This document shows positions 8,993-18,303 of a stretch of DNA of 64,000 bases, one piece after another; position 1 is the first letter of the stretch; every line of letters starts with the position of its first letter. The notes beneath the pieces were generated by a model. It saw only the letters and a program-made list of their open reading frames with translations, searched no databases and had not been told where the DNA came from. Source of the DNA: an uncultured Candidatus Saccharibacteria bacterium (GTDB lineage: Bacteria; Patescibacteriota; Saccharimonadia; Saccharimonadales; CAZICT01); contig CAZICT010000002.1 of assembly GCA_964537935.1 (NCBI GenBank), positions 12,922 through 76,921 on the forward strand, given 5' to 3'. The position numbers were made by a program, and so were the translations under genes.

Positions 8993-10288
8993 ATGCATAT
9001 TTTCTTTAGCGGCATCGGCGGTACTGCAATCGGCCCTTTGGCGCTCATAGCCAAGCAGGCCGGATTTACAGTTTCCGGTTCTGACAAACAAAATTCGCAA
9101 TACATAGACTACCTTAGAAAAAAAGGCATCACAGATATACATATAGGTCAAAGCAGCGACCAAATTGCCAAGGTACATAATGCCGTGCCGATAGATTGGT
9201 TTGTTTATTCTTCGGCAGTAACCATTGAAGACCCCAATGCCCCGGAGTTAATGTTCTGCCGTGAACAAAACATCAAGACAAGCAAGCGGGATGAGCTTAT
9301 TAATCTGATTCTACAAGAGAAAAAGTTAAAACTTATAGCGGTTGCCGGGACTCATGGCAAAACAACAACCACTGCTATGCTGATATGGCTGTTTAAGTCG
9401 CTTGATTTGCCGATAAGCTATTCTGTCGGCGCCAAAATAAGTTTTGGTGATATGGGACAGTACCAGGAAAACAGTGACTACTTTGTTTACGAGTGTGATG
9501 AGTTTGACCGTAATTTCTTAGCATTTGAGCCCCATATCAGTACAATTACCGGGGTCAGTTGGGATCATCATGAAATATTCCCGACGCGTGAAGATTACCA
9601 GGATGCTTTTAAGGATTTTATCTCGCAGTCCCGCCATACTTATCTTTGGCGTAATGATGCTGATTATTTACAGATTGATAGCGCACCGGGAATCGAAGTA
9701 CTTGATCCTGCCCGAGCTCATGAAATAGAGCTGAAAGGCTTATACAACCGCCTTGATGCCTGGCTAGCGGTTGTAGCAGTCCACCGTGCAACCAAAGCCC
9801 CTCTTCAAGATTTGATAAAGCAAATGAACGGCTTTCCGGGCCTACAACGTCGCATGGAAGAAGTGGCACCTAATTTATACACTGATTATGCCCATACACC
9901 GGAAAAAGTTCGTGGCGGACTTAGCGTGGCGCTTGAAATAGCCGAAGATAATAACCAAAACGTGGTAGTCGTTTACGAGCCGCTTACCAATAGACGTCAG
10001 CACTATATGATCGATGATTACAAAGACTGTTTTGACGGTGCTAAAAAAGTTTATTGGCTGCCAAGTTACTTGGCTCGCGAAGACCCTAATCAGCGCATCA
10101 TTTCTCCTGAAGAACTCATATCCCACCTTGACGATCCGTCGATAGCCGAAGTAAAGGAACGCGACCATGAATTAAAGAAAACTTTGCAAAAACACCTCGC
10201 CGACGGTGACCTGGTTGTGGCTATGGCTGGCGGTGGAGGCGATTCACTAGACGAATGGCTCCGTAAGGAATTTGCACCACAAACATGA
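8993..10288 (+). CDS. Mur ligase family protein (MurC/Mpl-like UDP-N-acetylmuramate ligase)
   Basis: N-terminal Rossmann-like GIGGTAIGPLA...GSD and the ATP-binding P-loop GTHGKTTTTAM. Domain order is typical of MurC/Mpl. I cannot separate MurC from Mpl by eye. Confidence 0.8.
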   Translation: MHIFFSGIGGTAIGPLALIAKQAGFTVSGSDKQNSQYIDYLRKKGITDIHIGQSSDQIAKVHNAVPIDWFVYSSAVTIEDPNAPELMFCREQNIKTSKRDELINLILQEKKLKLIAVAGTHGKTTTTAMLIWLFKSLDLPISYSVGAKISFGDMGQYQENSDYFVYECDEFDRNFLAFEPHISTITGVSWDHHEIFPTREDYQDAFKDFISQSRHTYLWRNDADYLQIDSAPGIEVLDPARAHEIELKGLYNRLDAWLAVVAVHRATKAPLQDLIKQMNGFPGLQRRMEEVAPNLYTDYAHTPEKVRGGLSVALEIAEDNNQNVVVVYEPLTNRRQHYMIDDYKDCFDGAKKVYWLPSYLAREDPNQRIISPEELISHLDDPSIAEVKERDHELKKTLQKHLADGDLVVAMAGGGGDSLDEWLRKEFAPQT

Positions 10289-10411
10289 AAATCATCTCGT
10301 GATAAATAGTACCGGGGCGGAAACCTGGCAGAACACATGGCTTTTTTGTCCGCTTTGACTTAATGGAATGTCTTTGCCACACTAATTAGTAACACTTTTT
10401 AAGGAGAATTA

Positions 10412-11287
10412 ATGTTATTTGCCCAATTTAGTGCGTTTCAAGACGAGATTGTAAAGTGGTTCGGTGTCAGCGGCTGGAAAGTGCTGATCATCGTGCTGGT
10501 TATTTATATAGGACGAAAGTTCGGCAACATGATAATCACCCGAGCCGTTCGTCGCACCATAAAGTCACAGCGTCATGTAAGCAAACAGGAAGAAAAACAA
10601 CGAGAAGATACGATTATCGGTATCAGCACGGTTTTCTTCAGGATTTTATTGTGGGTTGTCGGTGGTATGACCATTCTCTCGACACTCGGCTTTGAGATCG
10701 GACCCTTACTTGCCAGTGCCAGTGTCGTCGGTGTTGCACTCGGTTTTGGCGCCCAGAGTCTGATAAAAGATTTTGTCGCCGGCTTGTTTATTATCATCGA
10801 AAATCAATACCGCGTCGGTGACGTCGTAAGCCTTGATGGCACAGCTGGCCTAGTAGAGAGAATCAGCATCCGCGAGACGGTGTTGCGCGACCTAGATGGC
10901 AATGTCCATCACGTACCAAACGGCAGTATCACCATTGCGACTAACATGACCTTTGAACATGCCAACGTCAATCTGGACGTAAGAGTAAGTTACGGTACAG
11001 ACATTGACACATTAATAGAGGTCATCAACAAAGTCGGAGTTGAATTAGCGGCCGATCCAGAGTGGTCAGACCTGATTGTCGAACCGCCGGCTTTCCTTAG
11101 GGTAGACGATCTTGGAGAAACCGCCGTTATTGCTAAAATTGTCGGCAAGACAAAGCCGTTGCAGCAATGGGGAGTGACAGGTGAGCTCCGCAAACGTCTT
11201 AAGAAAGCCTTTGAAAAATCAGGAATTGAAATTCCTTACCCTCAACTGGTGATACATCGATCGCCAGATACAGAAAAAAACAAATAA
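10412..11287 (+). CDS. Small-conductance mechanosensitive channel (MscS family)
   Basis: SD AAGGAG 5 nt upstream. Three TM helices are followed by the MscS beta-domain signature region (IENQYRVGDVV...G.VE.I..R.T.LR..DG....VPN). Confidence 0.85.
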   Translation: MLFAQFSAFQDEIVKWFGVSGWKVLIIVLVIYIGRKFGNMIITRAVRRTIKSQRHVSKQEEKQREDTIIGISTVFFRILLWVVGGMTILSTLGFEIGPLLASASVVGVALGFGAQSLIKDFVAGLFIIIENQYRVGDVVSLDGTAGLVERISIRETVLRDLDGNVHHVPNGSITIATNMTFEHANVNLDVRVSYGTDIDTLIEVINKVGVELAADPEWSDLIVEPPAFLRVDDLGETAVIAKIVGKTKPLQQWGVTGELRKRLKKAFEKSGIEIPYPQLVIHRSPDTEKNK

Positions 11288-11294
11288 GTTAAAA

Positions 11295-12077
11295 TTATAG
11301 ACCTAAGTGTTGATCTGTAAGCTCATCCTCAGAGAAGTCAGAGACATCATTTAATTCATTTAGGCTTTTGTCTATTTCATTTACCGCTTCGTCAATTGCT
11401 ACCGCCGGATTTACATGTTGATCTTGCTGTTTTGTCTCGGTTTTAGAAGTATCTTCATTGCCATTCGTAGCTGCCATATAAGCAAACACTGTAATTCCGG
11501 CAAGTACAAGCGCCACTATAACGGCAGCGACAATCGCAACCACAGGGGTGTTCTTTTTAGGCTTTGACGTTGTTATCGGTGCCGCAGCTGGTGCAGCCGC
11601 TGCTTCAGGTGCTTTTTCATCAGTCTGCTCACTGCCTTCTGGTACCGTTTCGGTCTCAACTTCAGCAGCCGAAACTTCAGTCTCAGTAGTATCTGTGGCG
11701 GCTTTAACTTCGCCGCTATCCGGTGTTTGTTCGGGAGTGTCTTCGGTTTGAGTAGGTGCAGGCGTCTCATCGGCTACATTGGCTTCTGTTGGAACTTGTT
11801 CCGGCATTACTTGATCAGCCAGAGCGTCAACCGGTTCACCCGCCTGTGTCCCTTCGGGATTTTGCTCTTCGGTTGCAGCCGGAACATCAGCTTGCGGGCT
11901 CGCAGGTGGGGCGGGGTCTACAGGAACCTCCGGCGTAGATTGAGCAGGCGCTTCAACTGGTTGTTCATCTTTCACGGATGGCTGGACCTCAGTAGCCGGC
12001 TGTTGATTGCCCCCTGCTACTGGCTGAGTGGTAGGACCTTGGGCCTGTGTGTCAGTGTTTTCTTCATTTGGGTTCAT
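11295..12077 (-). CDS. Hypothetical single-pass membrane protein with a roughly 175-aa acidic P/E/T/A-rich N-terminal region
   Basis: Low-complexity acidic region, then KPKKN + TM (VVAIVAAVIVALVLAGITVFAYMAA), then a short C-terminal domain. Confidence 0.55.
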   Translation of the reverse strand: MNPNEENTDTQAQGPTTQPVAGGNQQPATEVQPSVKDEQPVEAPAQSTPEVPVDPAPPASPQADVPAATEEQNPEGTQAGEPVDALADQVMPEQVPTEANVADETPAPTQTEDTPEQTPDSGEVKAATDTTETEVSAAEVETETVPEGSEQTDEKAPEAAAAPAAAPITTSKPKKNTPVVAIVAAVIVALVLAGITVFAYMAATNGNEDTSKTETKQQDQHVNPAVAIDEAVNEIDKSLNELNDVSDFSEDELTDQHLGL

Positions 12078-12104
12078 GGTTGTTTCCTTCCGTTTATAGT
12101 GAAC

Positions 12105-12776
12105 CTATAAATTATTTTTAATATCAATTAATGTTTGCTTGACTGTGCCAGTAAGATATTCACGAATTTCTTGTGCAGACTGCGATGCGCTTTGACGGCT
12201 TTGTCGAGCGGTCAGTAGGGTCGCTTTAAAGCCGCTAGGATCAGTCGCGCAATCCATGCCTACCAAATCTGCTATTGCCTGCTTGTAGTCGCCGAGCACG
12301 GAATTAAAATTGTCCAACTTACTTTTAAGCTCGTTAATTATATCGTCAAGCTGCTGAGTGTCTATTCCAGAAATACTTAGACCCTCCTTAGCATTGGTCA
12401 ACCGGTTAATAATAGCCTCGTACATCTGTGAGCGGCTCATCTCAATACCGGCTAGACGACCGCTTATAGAACTGAGGCTGGCCTGCGCCGTACTGCAACG
12501 CGCACGAATACGCGCCTCTTCAGCATTTGATAATCTGGTTTGGAGTAAGGACTTACGCTCATCTATCCGTTCGTTGCGCTTTTGACGATTGGCTTCAACC
12601 GATTCTTCCCTGCTTTTGACTGTCTCTTCAGTGCTCTCATCTATCCGCTCAGTGGTTTGTTCTAATTGGGTTGAATCATTATCTGGCGGAAGACTCTGGG
12701 CAAGCACCGGGCCACCAACCAATACTACAACCGCCACTACGGCAATCGATAATATTCTTTTGGCACGGTAAATCAT
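12105..12776 (-). CDS. Hypothetical secreted coiled-coil-like protein
   Basis: N-terminal signal/anchor (ILSIAVVAVVVLVGGPVLA). The rest is charged and helical. Confidence 0.55.
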   Translation of the reverse strand: MIYRAKRILSIAVVAVVVLVGGPVLAQSLPPDNDSTQLEQTTERIDESTEETVKSREESVEANRQKRNERIDERKSLLQTRLSNAEEARIRARCSTAQASLSSISGRLAGIEMSRSQMYEAIINRLTNAKEGLSISGIDTQQLDDIINELKSKLDNFNSVLGDYKQAIADLVGMDCATDPSGFKATLLTARQSRQSASQSAQEIREYLTGTVKQTLIDIKNNL

Positions 12777-12863
12777 GGAATACTCCTTAAGGTTTATTTT
12801 ACCACAAGGGTTTTAGTCGCAAACGCAACTTAATTAAACTCTGTCAAAGTTTTAGGCATTAAC

Positions 12864-13100
12864 CTAACCCTTAGAAGCAATCGCGTCTATCTCAGCGGCC
12901 AGTTCGTGATCTTTTAGAGTAATTCCGCCCTCGCTATGAGTGGTAAGGCTGACTACAACCCTTCCCCACGATAAAGTTATATCAGGATGATGGTTGGCCG
13001 CTTCAGCCTTTTGGCCTACTTTGTTAACAAACTCAAGCGCCAAAGCAAAATCCGGAAAAACATATTCTTTGGTTAGGTGATTATCCTTCTCTTCCCACAT
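12864..13100 (-). CDS. 4a-hydroxytetrahydrobiopterin dehydratase (PCD/DCoH)
   Basis: 78 aa with HHPD..L.WG.V...L.THS.GG.T motifs characteristic of pterin-4-alpha-carbinolamine dehydratase. Confidence 0.85.
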   Translation of the reverse strand: MWEEKDNHLTKEYVFPDFALALEFVNKVGQKAEAANHHPDITLSWGRVVVSLTTHSEGGITLKDHELAAEIDAIASKG

Positions 13101-13159
13101 AACAGTAGTGTATCGTATTCAGTCAATGCAACTGGGTAATATGTTACAATCTGCCGGAA

Positions 13160-13480
13160 ATGCCTCGTGAAGCAACTGAAAATGAAAGGGCGAACTTGCA
13201 GCAGAGACTGGTATACCGTATGGCGCTTGGAGGTGCTGCCATATCAACTACGGTCGCCATTGGCGCTGAGTACTTAATGCAATCTATAGAAGATTTGATG
13301 GGTAATGTAGAAGAAATTAATACTCAAGCTGTGCTATCGAGTGATGTCGCACAAGCTCCCATAGAAACGTTGGCTTTCATGTCATCGGTCAGTAAGCTGT
13401 CAACGTTTGGCTTTATTGCGCTTTATGCCGCCCGGCACTGGCGGTCGCGAAACCTTCGAACGCCAGAGAATATATACTAG
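13160..13480 (+). CDS. Hypothetical small membrane protein (106 aa)
   Basis: ORF with two hydrophobic segments. No motif recognised. Confidence 0.4.
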   Translation: MPREATENERANLQQRLVYRMALGGAAISTTVAIGAEYLMQSIEDLMGNVEEINTQAVLSSDVAQAPIETLAFMSSVSKLSTFGFIALYAARHWRSRNLRTPENIY

Positions 13481-13484
13481 TATT

Positions 13485-13955
13485 ATGTTCTATCTTGTTG
13501 CTCATATGATTACGCCAATGACTGCAGACGAAAAAGCGCCACCACTTCCTTTGCATATGACCTTAGTTCACTGGTTTGAAACCAACATCCCACAAACTCA
13601 ACTTCAAAAGGCAGTAGCGTCATCTATAGAAACAAAAGCTCCCGTTACCGTACAGATCGGGCCTGAGGCACTTTTTGGCCTTTCTAAGGATATTAGAGTT
13701 AATCGCGTTAATCGCAATAACTCGATTATGCATCTCCATGAAACGCTCCTAGATGCATTAAAGAAACATCATGTTCGGCACACCAATCCTCAATGGACAC
13801 GAGCCGGCTGGAATCCTCATGTCACACATCAACCTACCGGTCGACTGTATGAAGGCGACTCATTCACGGTCGACTCGGTTAGCTTAATTTGTTCTAATGA
13901 TTACATCGCCGGTAAGCGCTTGCTCCTTGCTACTTACCCTTTAAATAGCAAATAG
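13485..13955 (+). CDS. 2H phosphoesterase superfamily protein (LigT-like)
   Basis: Two H-x-T-x motifs (LHMTLV and PHVTHQ) at the expected spacing. The ATG at 13485 lies just after the stop of the previous gene. The ORF-track start at 13407 would overlap that gene by 74 nt. Confidence 0.6.
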   Translation: MFYLVAHMITPMTADEKAPPLPLHMTLVHWFETNIPQTQLQKAVASSIETKAPVTVQIGPEALFGLSKDIRVNRVNRNNSIMHLHETLLDALKKHHVRHTNPQWTRAGWNPHVTHQPTGRLYEGDSFTVDSVSLICSNDYIAGKRLLLATYPLNSK

Positions 13956-13963
13956 CCGAAATG

Positions 13964-16342
13964 TTAGTAGTAGTACCAATTCTCAACGCTATTGGTATCT
14001 GTAACATCAACTATCTTTACCGGGTCACCACCGTCAGTGCTCATAGCATAATCAGCCGTTTCTTCTCCGGTAAGTACTCTATAAACAACCGTGGTGTTGT
14101 TAAGCCACCGAACCGGTGATTTTAAGCCACTGTCGGTTCGTATTACCTGGTCTTCTTTAGACTCTATGTCATAAGCCAGTAACACGCCCTTGCCGTCCCG
14201 ATTATCCACCCAAAGACCCTTATTACCTCTGGGATTCATGGCATAAGTTTTTGATACAAGAGAACCCGGCTTGTTGATTTTTCCCGGCGCACTCGAATCA
14301 TCGAGTCGATATTCATACCATTCCTGTTGCAATGCCAGGGTGAGCTTGTCGTAACTTAAGCGAAACATATTCCACACTTCTTTCTTCATAATTGTGCGTC
14401 GATCACTTCCGTCAGCATTGACTCTGAATAATCCAACCTCTTCTTTAGGCGTATAGGCCGCGGCGGGCGCGTATATAACTTTGTTATCCGCCACTGTCAC
14501 ATCGTTAAAGTGATTGCTAGCTGCTAGCTCGACTACGGCTTCATTTGATACGTCGTAGCTCATTAAACGATGACGCTTTGGGTTGACCGCGCTGGCCCCA
14601 TCAACAACCTGTACATAAATAAGTTTATTTTCAATCCAGCCAATTACCTGAACCCTTTCTGAGCGACTTATGACCTTATTGCTGTTGTCACTCAGATCAA
14701 TCACGGTGAGAGCGCTAAGCAAAAAACCGTCTTCATTGCGCCTATTATCTCTGGTTGAAACAAAAGCCACATATTCTTCAGTCGGGTGAGGATTAATGGT
14801 TATATCTTCGCGCTCACTGCCTGTTCCCGGTAATACCAAGGCTTCGTTTTTGCCGTCAATGTCTATCTTATACAGATCAAATGTACCGGAGCGTTTTGAG
14901 ACAAAAACATGTTTACGCCCGGCCACCATCTTTAGCTGACGTTCAGATTGGTCATCAAGATTAATCGTAAAACTCTCCTTCCGGTAGCCCTCGGCGGTTA
15001 TAACTACCTCTGCGGTCTGTTCATAAGATTCGTCAATCGTCAGAATTATCTTTCCTTTCTCATCGGCAACGGCGCTGAATTCGTCGCTTTCCGCTTCTGC
15101 TTCAGCCACCGGATTTCCTGAAAGATAATCAGTTAATACAAAGGTGTACTGGCTGCCTGTCGGCACAAGTTCGTAGTCACCGAGCGGATTACTGCCCCAC
15201 CCAATCGTTATCTTGCTAATGACCGGTGCAAATGCCCGTCTATGGATTTTTAACTCTGAGCTTCCAAGGCGAAGATGATCAAGCTTTACAATCCCATCCT
15301 GATTAGTAACTGATTCAACTCCAGCCAAACTGACTTTCACGTTTTTTAAAGGCTGTTGGGAGCTTTTATCAATTACCCTCAGAGAAGCAGAACTTCGCAC
15401 ACCCACATTATTTAAAACAAAATATCTGCTTGCTGGGACCGTAGCTGCACCCGCCAGACCTACAAAAAGTAAAGCCAGCAGCCCTATCCGCACTGATTTT
15501 TTACGGAAGAAATTGCCTAGCTTGGATCTCAATGAACGCTTCTGGGCCGGCTGAAAAGCGGCAGCTAATTTCTCGTCTTCGGCAGCGAGTAGTTCGTCGC
15601 TTTCCTTTTCGACAATATCCTCAACTGCTTTTTCTGTCTTTGGATCTTTTATAATCTCCTCTGTTTTGGTATGTTCGACTTCCGGCTCGGTATCATCTTC
15701 GGGCTGCTCATCCTCAGTTGTGGCTTCGGTTTCTTCAGGAGCTTCCTCTTCCTCTGTTACTCCTTTGGTTTCATTAAGCAATTGTTTGTTTAGTTCTTTG
15801 ATTGTTTCGTCAAGATTATCGTCCGGCTCTTCAGGTGATTCTTCCGCCTGTTCTTCAGACTCTTCTGTCTCTTCTGTCTCAACCGGCTCATCCGCCGTCA
15901 GATCATCGGACGCTTCAGTCAATTCCTCATCTTCATCAGTATCTGCCTCTTCTTCTGATACTGCCTCGGATTCAGTATCAATGTCTTCAGCTTCCTCATC
16001 TTCATCAGACATCACTTCAACCGTAACTTTTTCTGGAGGAGTTGCAACCGTTTCTTCCTCATTAGGCTCTGTTTCGGCTTCATCTTTTGATTTATCGTCT
16101 TGGTCAGATTTATCTTCTAGATCGGTGTGGTGAATAATTTTGATGCTTTTTCTCTGGGAGGGCAATATCGGTGCGCTTGACGCCTCTTCTTCATCAGTTT
16201 GTTTGGTAGTTTTCTTTGAGACAGACCTCTTCGCAGGGCGGTCCGGTTCAAGCATTTCATGGACGCGTTTTTCCAGTTCTTCCTGATTTTCACCAGCAAC
16301 AATATCTGGTTTTCGTTCTTCGTCGTTTTTCTTCTTTTTCAT
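13964..16342 (-). CDS. Large surface protein: acidic cytoplasmic N-terminal region, one TM, CarboxypepD_reg-like beta-sandwich(es) and a TolB/PD40-like beta-propeller
   Basis: About 285 aa of D/E-rich low complexity, then a basic stretch + TM (VRIGLLALLFVGLAGAA). After that come segments such as LRVIDKSSQQPLKNVKVSLAG..TNQDGIVKL, then repeated DG/propeller-like blades. Confidence 0.65.
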   Translation of the reverse strand: MKKKKNDEERKPDIVAGENQEELEKRVHEMLEPDRPAKRSVSKKTTKQTDEEEASSAPILPSQRKSIKIIHHTDLEDKSDQDDKSKDEAETEPNEEETVATPPEKVTVEVMSDEDEEAEDIDTESEAVSEEEADTDEDEELTEASDDLTADEPVETEETEESEEQAEESPEEPDDNLDETIKELNKQLLNETKGVTEEEEAPEETEATTEDEQPEDDTEPEVEHTKTEEIIKDPKTEKAVEDIVEKESDELLAAEDEKLAAAFQPAQKRSLRSKLGNFFRKKSVRIGLLALLFVGLAGAATVPASRYFVLNNVGVRSSASLRVIDKSSQQPLKNVKVSLAGVESVTNQDGIVKLDHLRLGSSELKIHRRAFAPVISKITIGWGSNPLGDYELVPTGSQYTFVLTDYLSGNPVAEAEAESDEFSAVADEKGKIILTIDESYEQTAEVVITAEGYRKESFTINLDDQSERQLKMVAGRKHVFVSKRSGTFDLYKIDIDGKNEALVLPGTGSEREDITINPHPTEEYVAFVSTRDNRRNEDGFLLSALTVIDLSDNSNKVISRSERVQVIGWIENKLIYVQVVDGASAVNPKRHRLMSYDVSNEAVVELAASNHFNDVTVADNKVIYAPAAAYTPKEEVGLFRVNADGSDRRTIMKKEVWNMFRLSYDKLTLALQQEWYEYRLDDSSAPGKINKPGSLVSKTYAMNPRGNKGLWVDNRDGKGVLLAYDIESKEDQVIRTDSGLKSPVRWLNNTTVVYRVLTGEETADYAMSTDGGDPVKIVDVTDTNSVENWYYY

Positions 16343-16395
16343 AACAAATAAGCGTTACCGTTAAGTGTAGCAGATTTACAGACTTATTCCAGATA

Positions 16396-16875
16396 TCAGC
16401 GATGCTTGCGATGCTTTTTCTTTTTGACTGTTTTCTTTGGTTTGGTTTTGGTTGGCTTTTTGGCTTTTGTAGATTTAGATTTAACAGCAGCTTCTTTTAC
16501 AGACACTGGCGTATCTTCTAGTTCTTCCATGTCAGGCAGTATCCTGACTTTACCGCGCCTTCGGATAAAATGCGCAAACGACAGAATAACTACAGCCGCC
16601 ATTAATGCAAGCAGCAGGCTGAGCCCGCCGCTTGGTGAGGCAGTGGTGGCTTCAAGTCGCCCCTCAATCCCGGCCAAATCGTTCTGAGTGGATGGCACGA
16701 TTATTTCAGCGTTTCGTTGTTCTTGCAGCGCTTCTTGCGTATTTACGCTACCTTGCAGATTTCCCTGTTGTTGCAGTGGACTTGCCGAATTATTCTGCGG
16801 ATTACCGGTTGGTGGCTGGAAATCTTCGGCATTGCTTGCACCCGGATTTGTTATTTGTGCGAAGTTGTGTGTCAT
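16396..16875 (-). CDS. Hypothetical single-pass membrane protein with a lysine-rich C-terminal tail
   Basis: Q/N-rich N-terminal part, TM (LSLLLALMAAVVILSFAHFI) followed by RRRGK, and the tail KSKSTKAKKPTKTKPKKTVKKKKHRKHR. It lies directly upstream of the 792-aa gene. Confidence 0.55.
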   Translation of the reverse strand: MTHNFAQITNPGASNAEDFQPPTGNPQNNSASPLQQQGNLQGSVNTQEALQEQRNAEIIVPSTQNDLAGIEGRLEATTASPSGGLSLLLALMAAVVILSFAHFIRRRGKVRILPDMEELEDTPVSVKEAAVKSKSTKAKKPTKTKPKKTVKKKKHRKHR

Positions 16876-16958
16876 GATTGCTGTTATTAGTATGTCTTTT
16901 TACGTGCTTGATTTCAACTTTAGCGCTATGAGCCAAGAGGTTTAGTACACTTAAATAT

Positions 16959-17573
16959 ATGAAAGCAAAGCTGACAGACGCCCAAAAACATCTAGCCAGA
17001 AACGACCCTGTTATAGCAAAGCTAATTAAAAAATATGGTGACTGTACACTTACGCCCCACACTAACTATTACGCTGAGTTGGTGGACTCCATTATCAGCC
17101 AACAGCTGTCAGTCAAAGCCGCTGCGACAATTCTTAAGCGTTTCTTGGCTCTGTACGGTGATTCTCTGCCGACACCGGAACAGATTCTGGCCACCGATAC
17201 TGAAGCCATGCGAAGCGTCGGATGCAGTTATCAAAAAGCGGCCTACATTAAGGACTTGGCGCAGCATATCGTCGATGGACGGCTTGACCTCGAACATATC
17301 GCAACCCTGCCAAATGAAGATGTAATCCGGCAATTGATTGCCGTCAAAGGCATTGGTGAATGGTCAGCCCATATGTTCATGATCTTCAGCCTAGGGCGGC
17401 TGGACGTCTTACCGACTGGTGATCTCGGGGTACGAAAAGCTATGATGCAAGAATACAGTTTATCTGAATTACCTAAGCCCGCTGATATGCACGCTATCGC
17501 ACTAAAAAACCGCTGGCACCCTTATCAATCGGTCGCCAGCTGGTATCTTTGGCGTTGTTTAGAAAATAAGTAA
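16959..17573 (+). CDS. DNA-3-methyladenine glycosylase II (AlkA-like, HhH-GPD superfamily)
   Basis: Helix-hairpin-helix VKGIGEWSAHMF followed by the catalytic-Asp region PTGDLGVRKA. Length fits the family. Confidence 0.85.
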   Translation: MKAKLTDAQKHLARNDPVIAKLIKKYGDCTLTPHTNYYAELVDSIISQQLSVKAAATILKRFLALYGDSLPTPEQILATDTEAMRSVGCSYQKAAYIKDLAQHIVDGRLDLEHIATLPNEDVIRQLIAVKGIGEWSAHMFMIFSLGRLDVLPTGDLGVRKAMMQEYSLSELPKPADMHAIALKNRWHPYQSVASWYLWRCLENK

Positions 17574-18269
17574 TTAATGAACGTCTATGACAATGACTGA
17601 TTTGTCGTCATATAACCTGTAGTAATCTTCCGGTCCTTCAGGGGGTTCTTGAGCACAAAGAGAAATAAGGCCTTTTGCCACGTCTTTGGCTTTAGGCAAA
17701 CGGGCTATAGCATTAAAATCCTCATATAGGGCTATCTGCCGAGCGCCGCTGCCGTCTATCCCGTCGCTGCCAAGTATAAATCTGTCGCCAGGCTTTATCG
17801 GTATGGTAGCATTCTGTTCTAAGCTAAACATCTCCGGCGGACTGGCGTCGATTGCGTTCCAGATCCAATCACCCACCCCTTCAGCCTTTACTAAGTCTTC
17901 AACGAAGTCTTCTTTCACTTGCCGTAAAAAAGTGTCACCTATATGAGCATAGGTTAAGGTATGGTCATGGGTATCAATTTGTACCACTGTCGCTGTGGTA
18001 GCAGCACGTTTCTCAACCTTTCCCTTTCGGTGCATATCATACAGTTTATTTTGAACATCGAATAGCGACTTACCAAGTAACATATGTCGCCCAACGCTCC
18101 GCACCAAACAGTCACGTGCGATAGTTGCCGCTTGTTCACCAGCTTGTGTGGTAACTCCGTCAAACACGCCAAATAAGCCAAACTCGCTCACTATAAGCAG
18201 CCTGTCTTGACCCCTGCCGGGCATCAGCTTCTGTCCTGAGGCAAACTCTAATTTTAACGGTCTATTCAT
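17574..18269 (-). CDS. PP2C-family protein serine/threonine phosphatase
   Basis: GVFDGV metal-binding motif near the N-terminus and ILGSDGIDG near the C-terminus. 231 aa. Confidence 0.7.
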   Translation of the reverse strand: MNRPLKLEFASGQKLMPGRGQDRLLIVSEFGLFGVFDGVTTQAGEQAATIARDCLVRSVGRHMLLGKSLFDVQNKLYDMHRKGKVEKRAATTATVVQIDTHDHTLTYAHIGDTFLRQVKEDFVEDLVKAEGVGDWIWNAIDASPPEMFSLEQNATIPIKPGDRFILGSDGIDGSGARQIALYEDFNAIARLPKAKDVAKGLISLCAQEPPEGPEDYYRLYDDKSVIVIDVH

Positions 18270-18303
18270 AGGAACACTATTTTACTATGATTGTCACAAA
18301 TGT

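Noticed and set aside
8912-9178. 88-aa minus-strand ORF overlapping the Mur ligase start region
   Set aside because: It overlaps the promoter and 5' end of a well-supported gene. The sequence is Cys/Lys/Leu-rich and implausible, with no SD.
11548-12110. Several ORFs (both strands) within the P/E/T-rich gene region
   Set aside because: Low-complexity GC-rich repeats keep multiple frames open. Only the 260-aa frame has a TM segment and a sensible start and stop context.
13407-13484. Upstream extension of the 2H-phosphoesterase ORF
   Set aside because: It would overlap the preceding gene by 74 nt in another frame. The ATG at 13485 follows the upstream stop by 4 nt.
15666-16133. 155-aa Ser-rich plus-strand ORF (and 15802..16026)
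   Set aside because: It is the antisense image of the GAA/GAT/GAG-rich acidic region of the 792-aa gene, so the TCx/CTC codons are a mirror artefact. It has no start context or SD.
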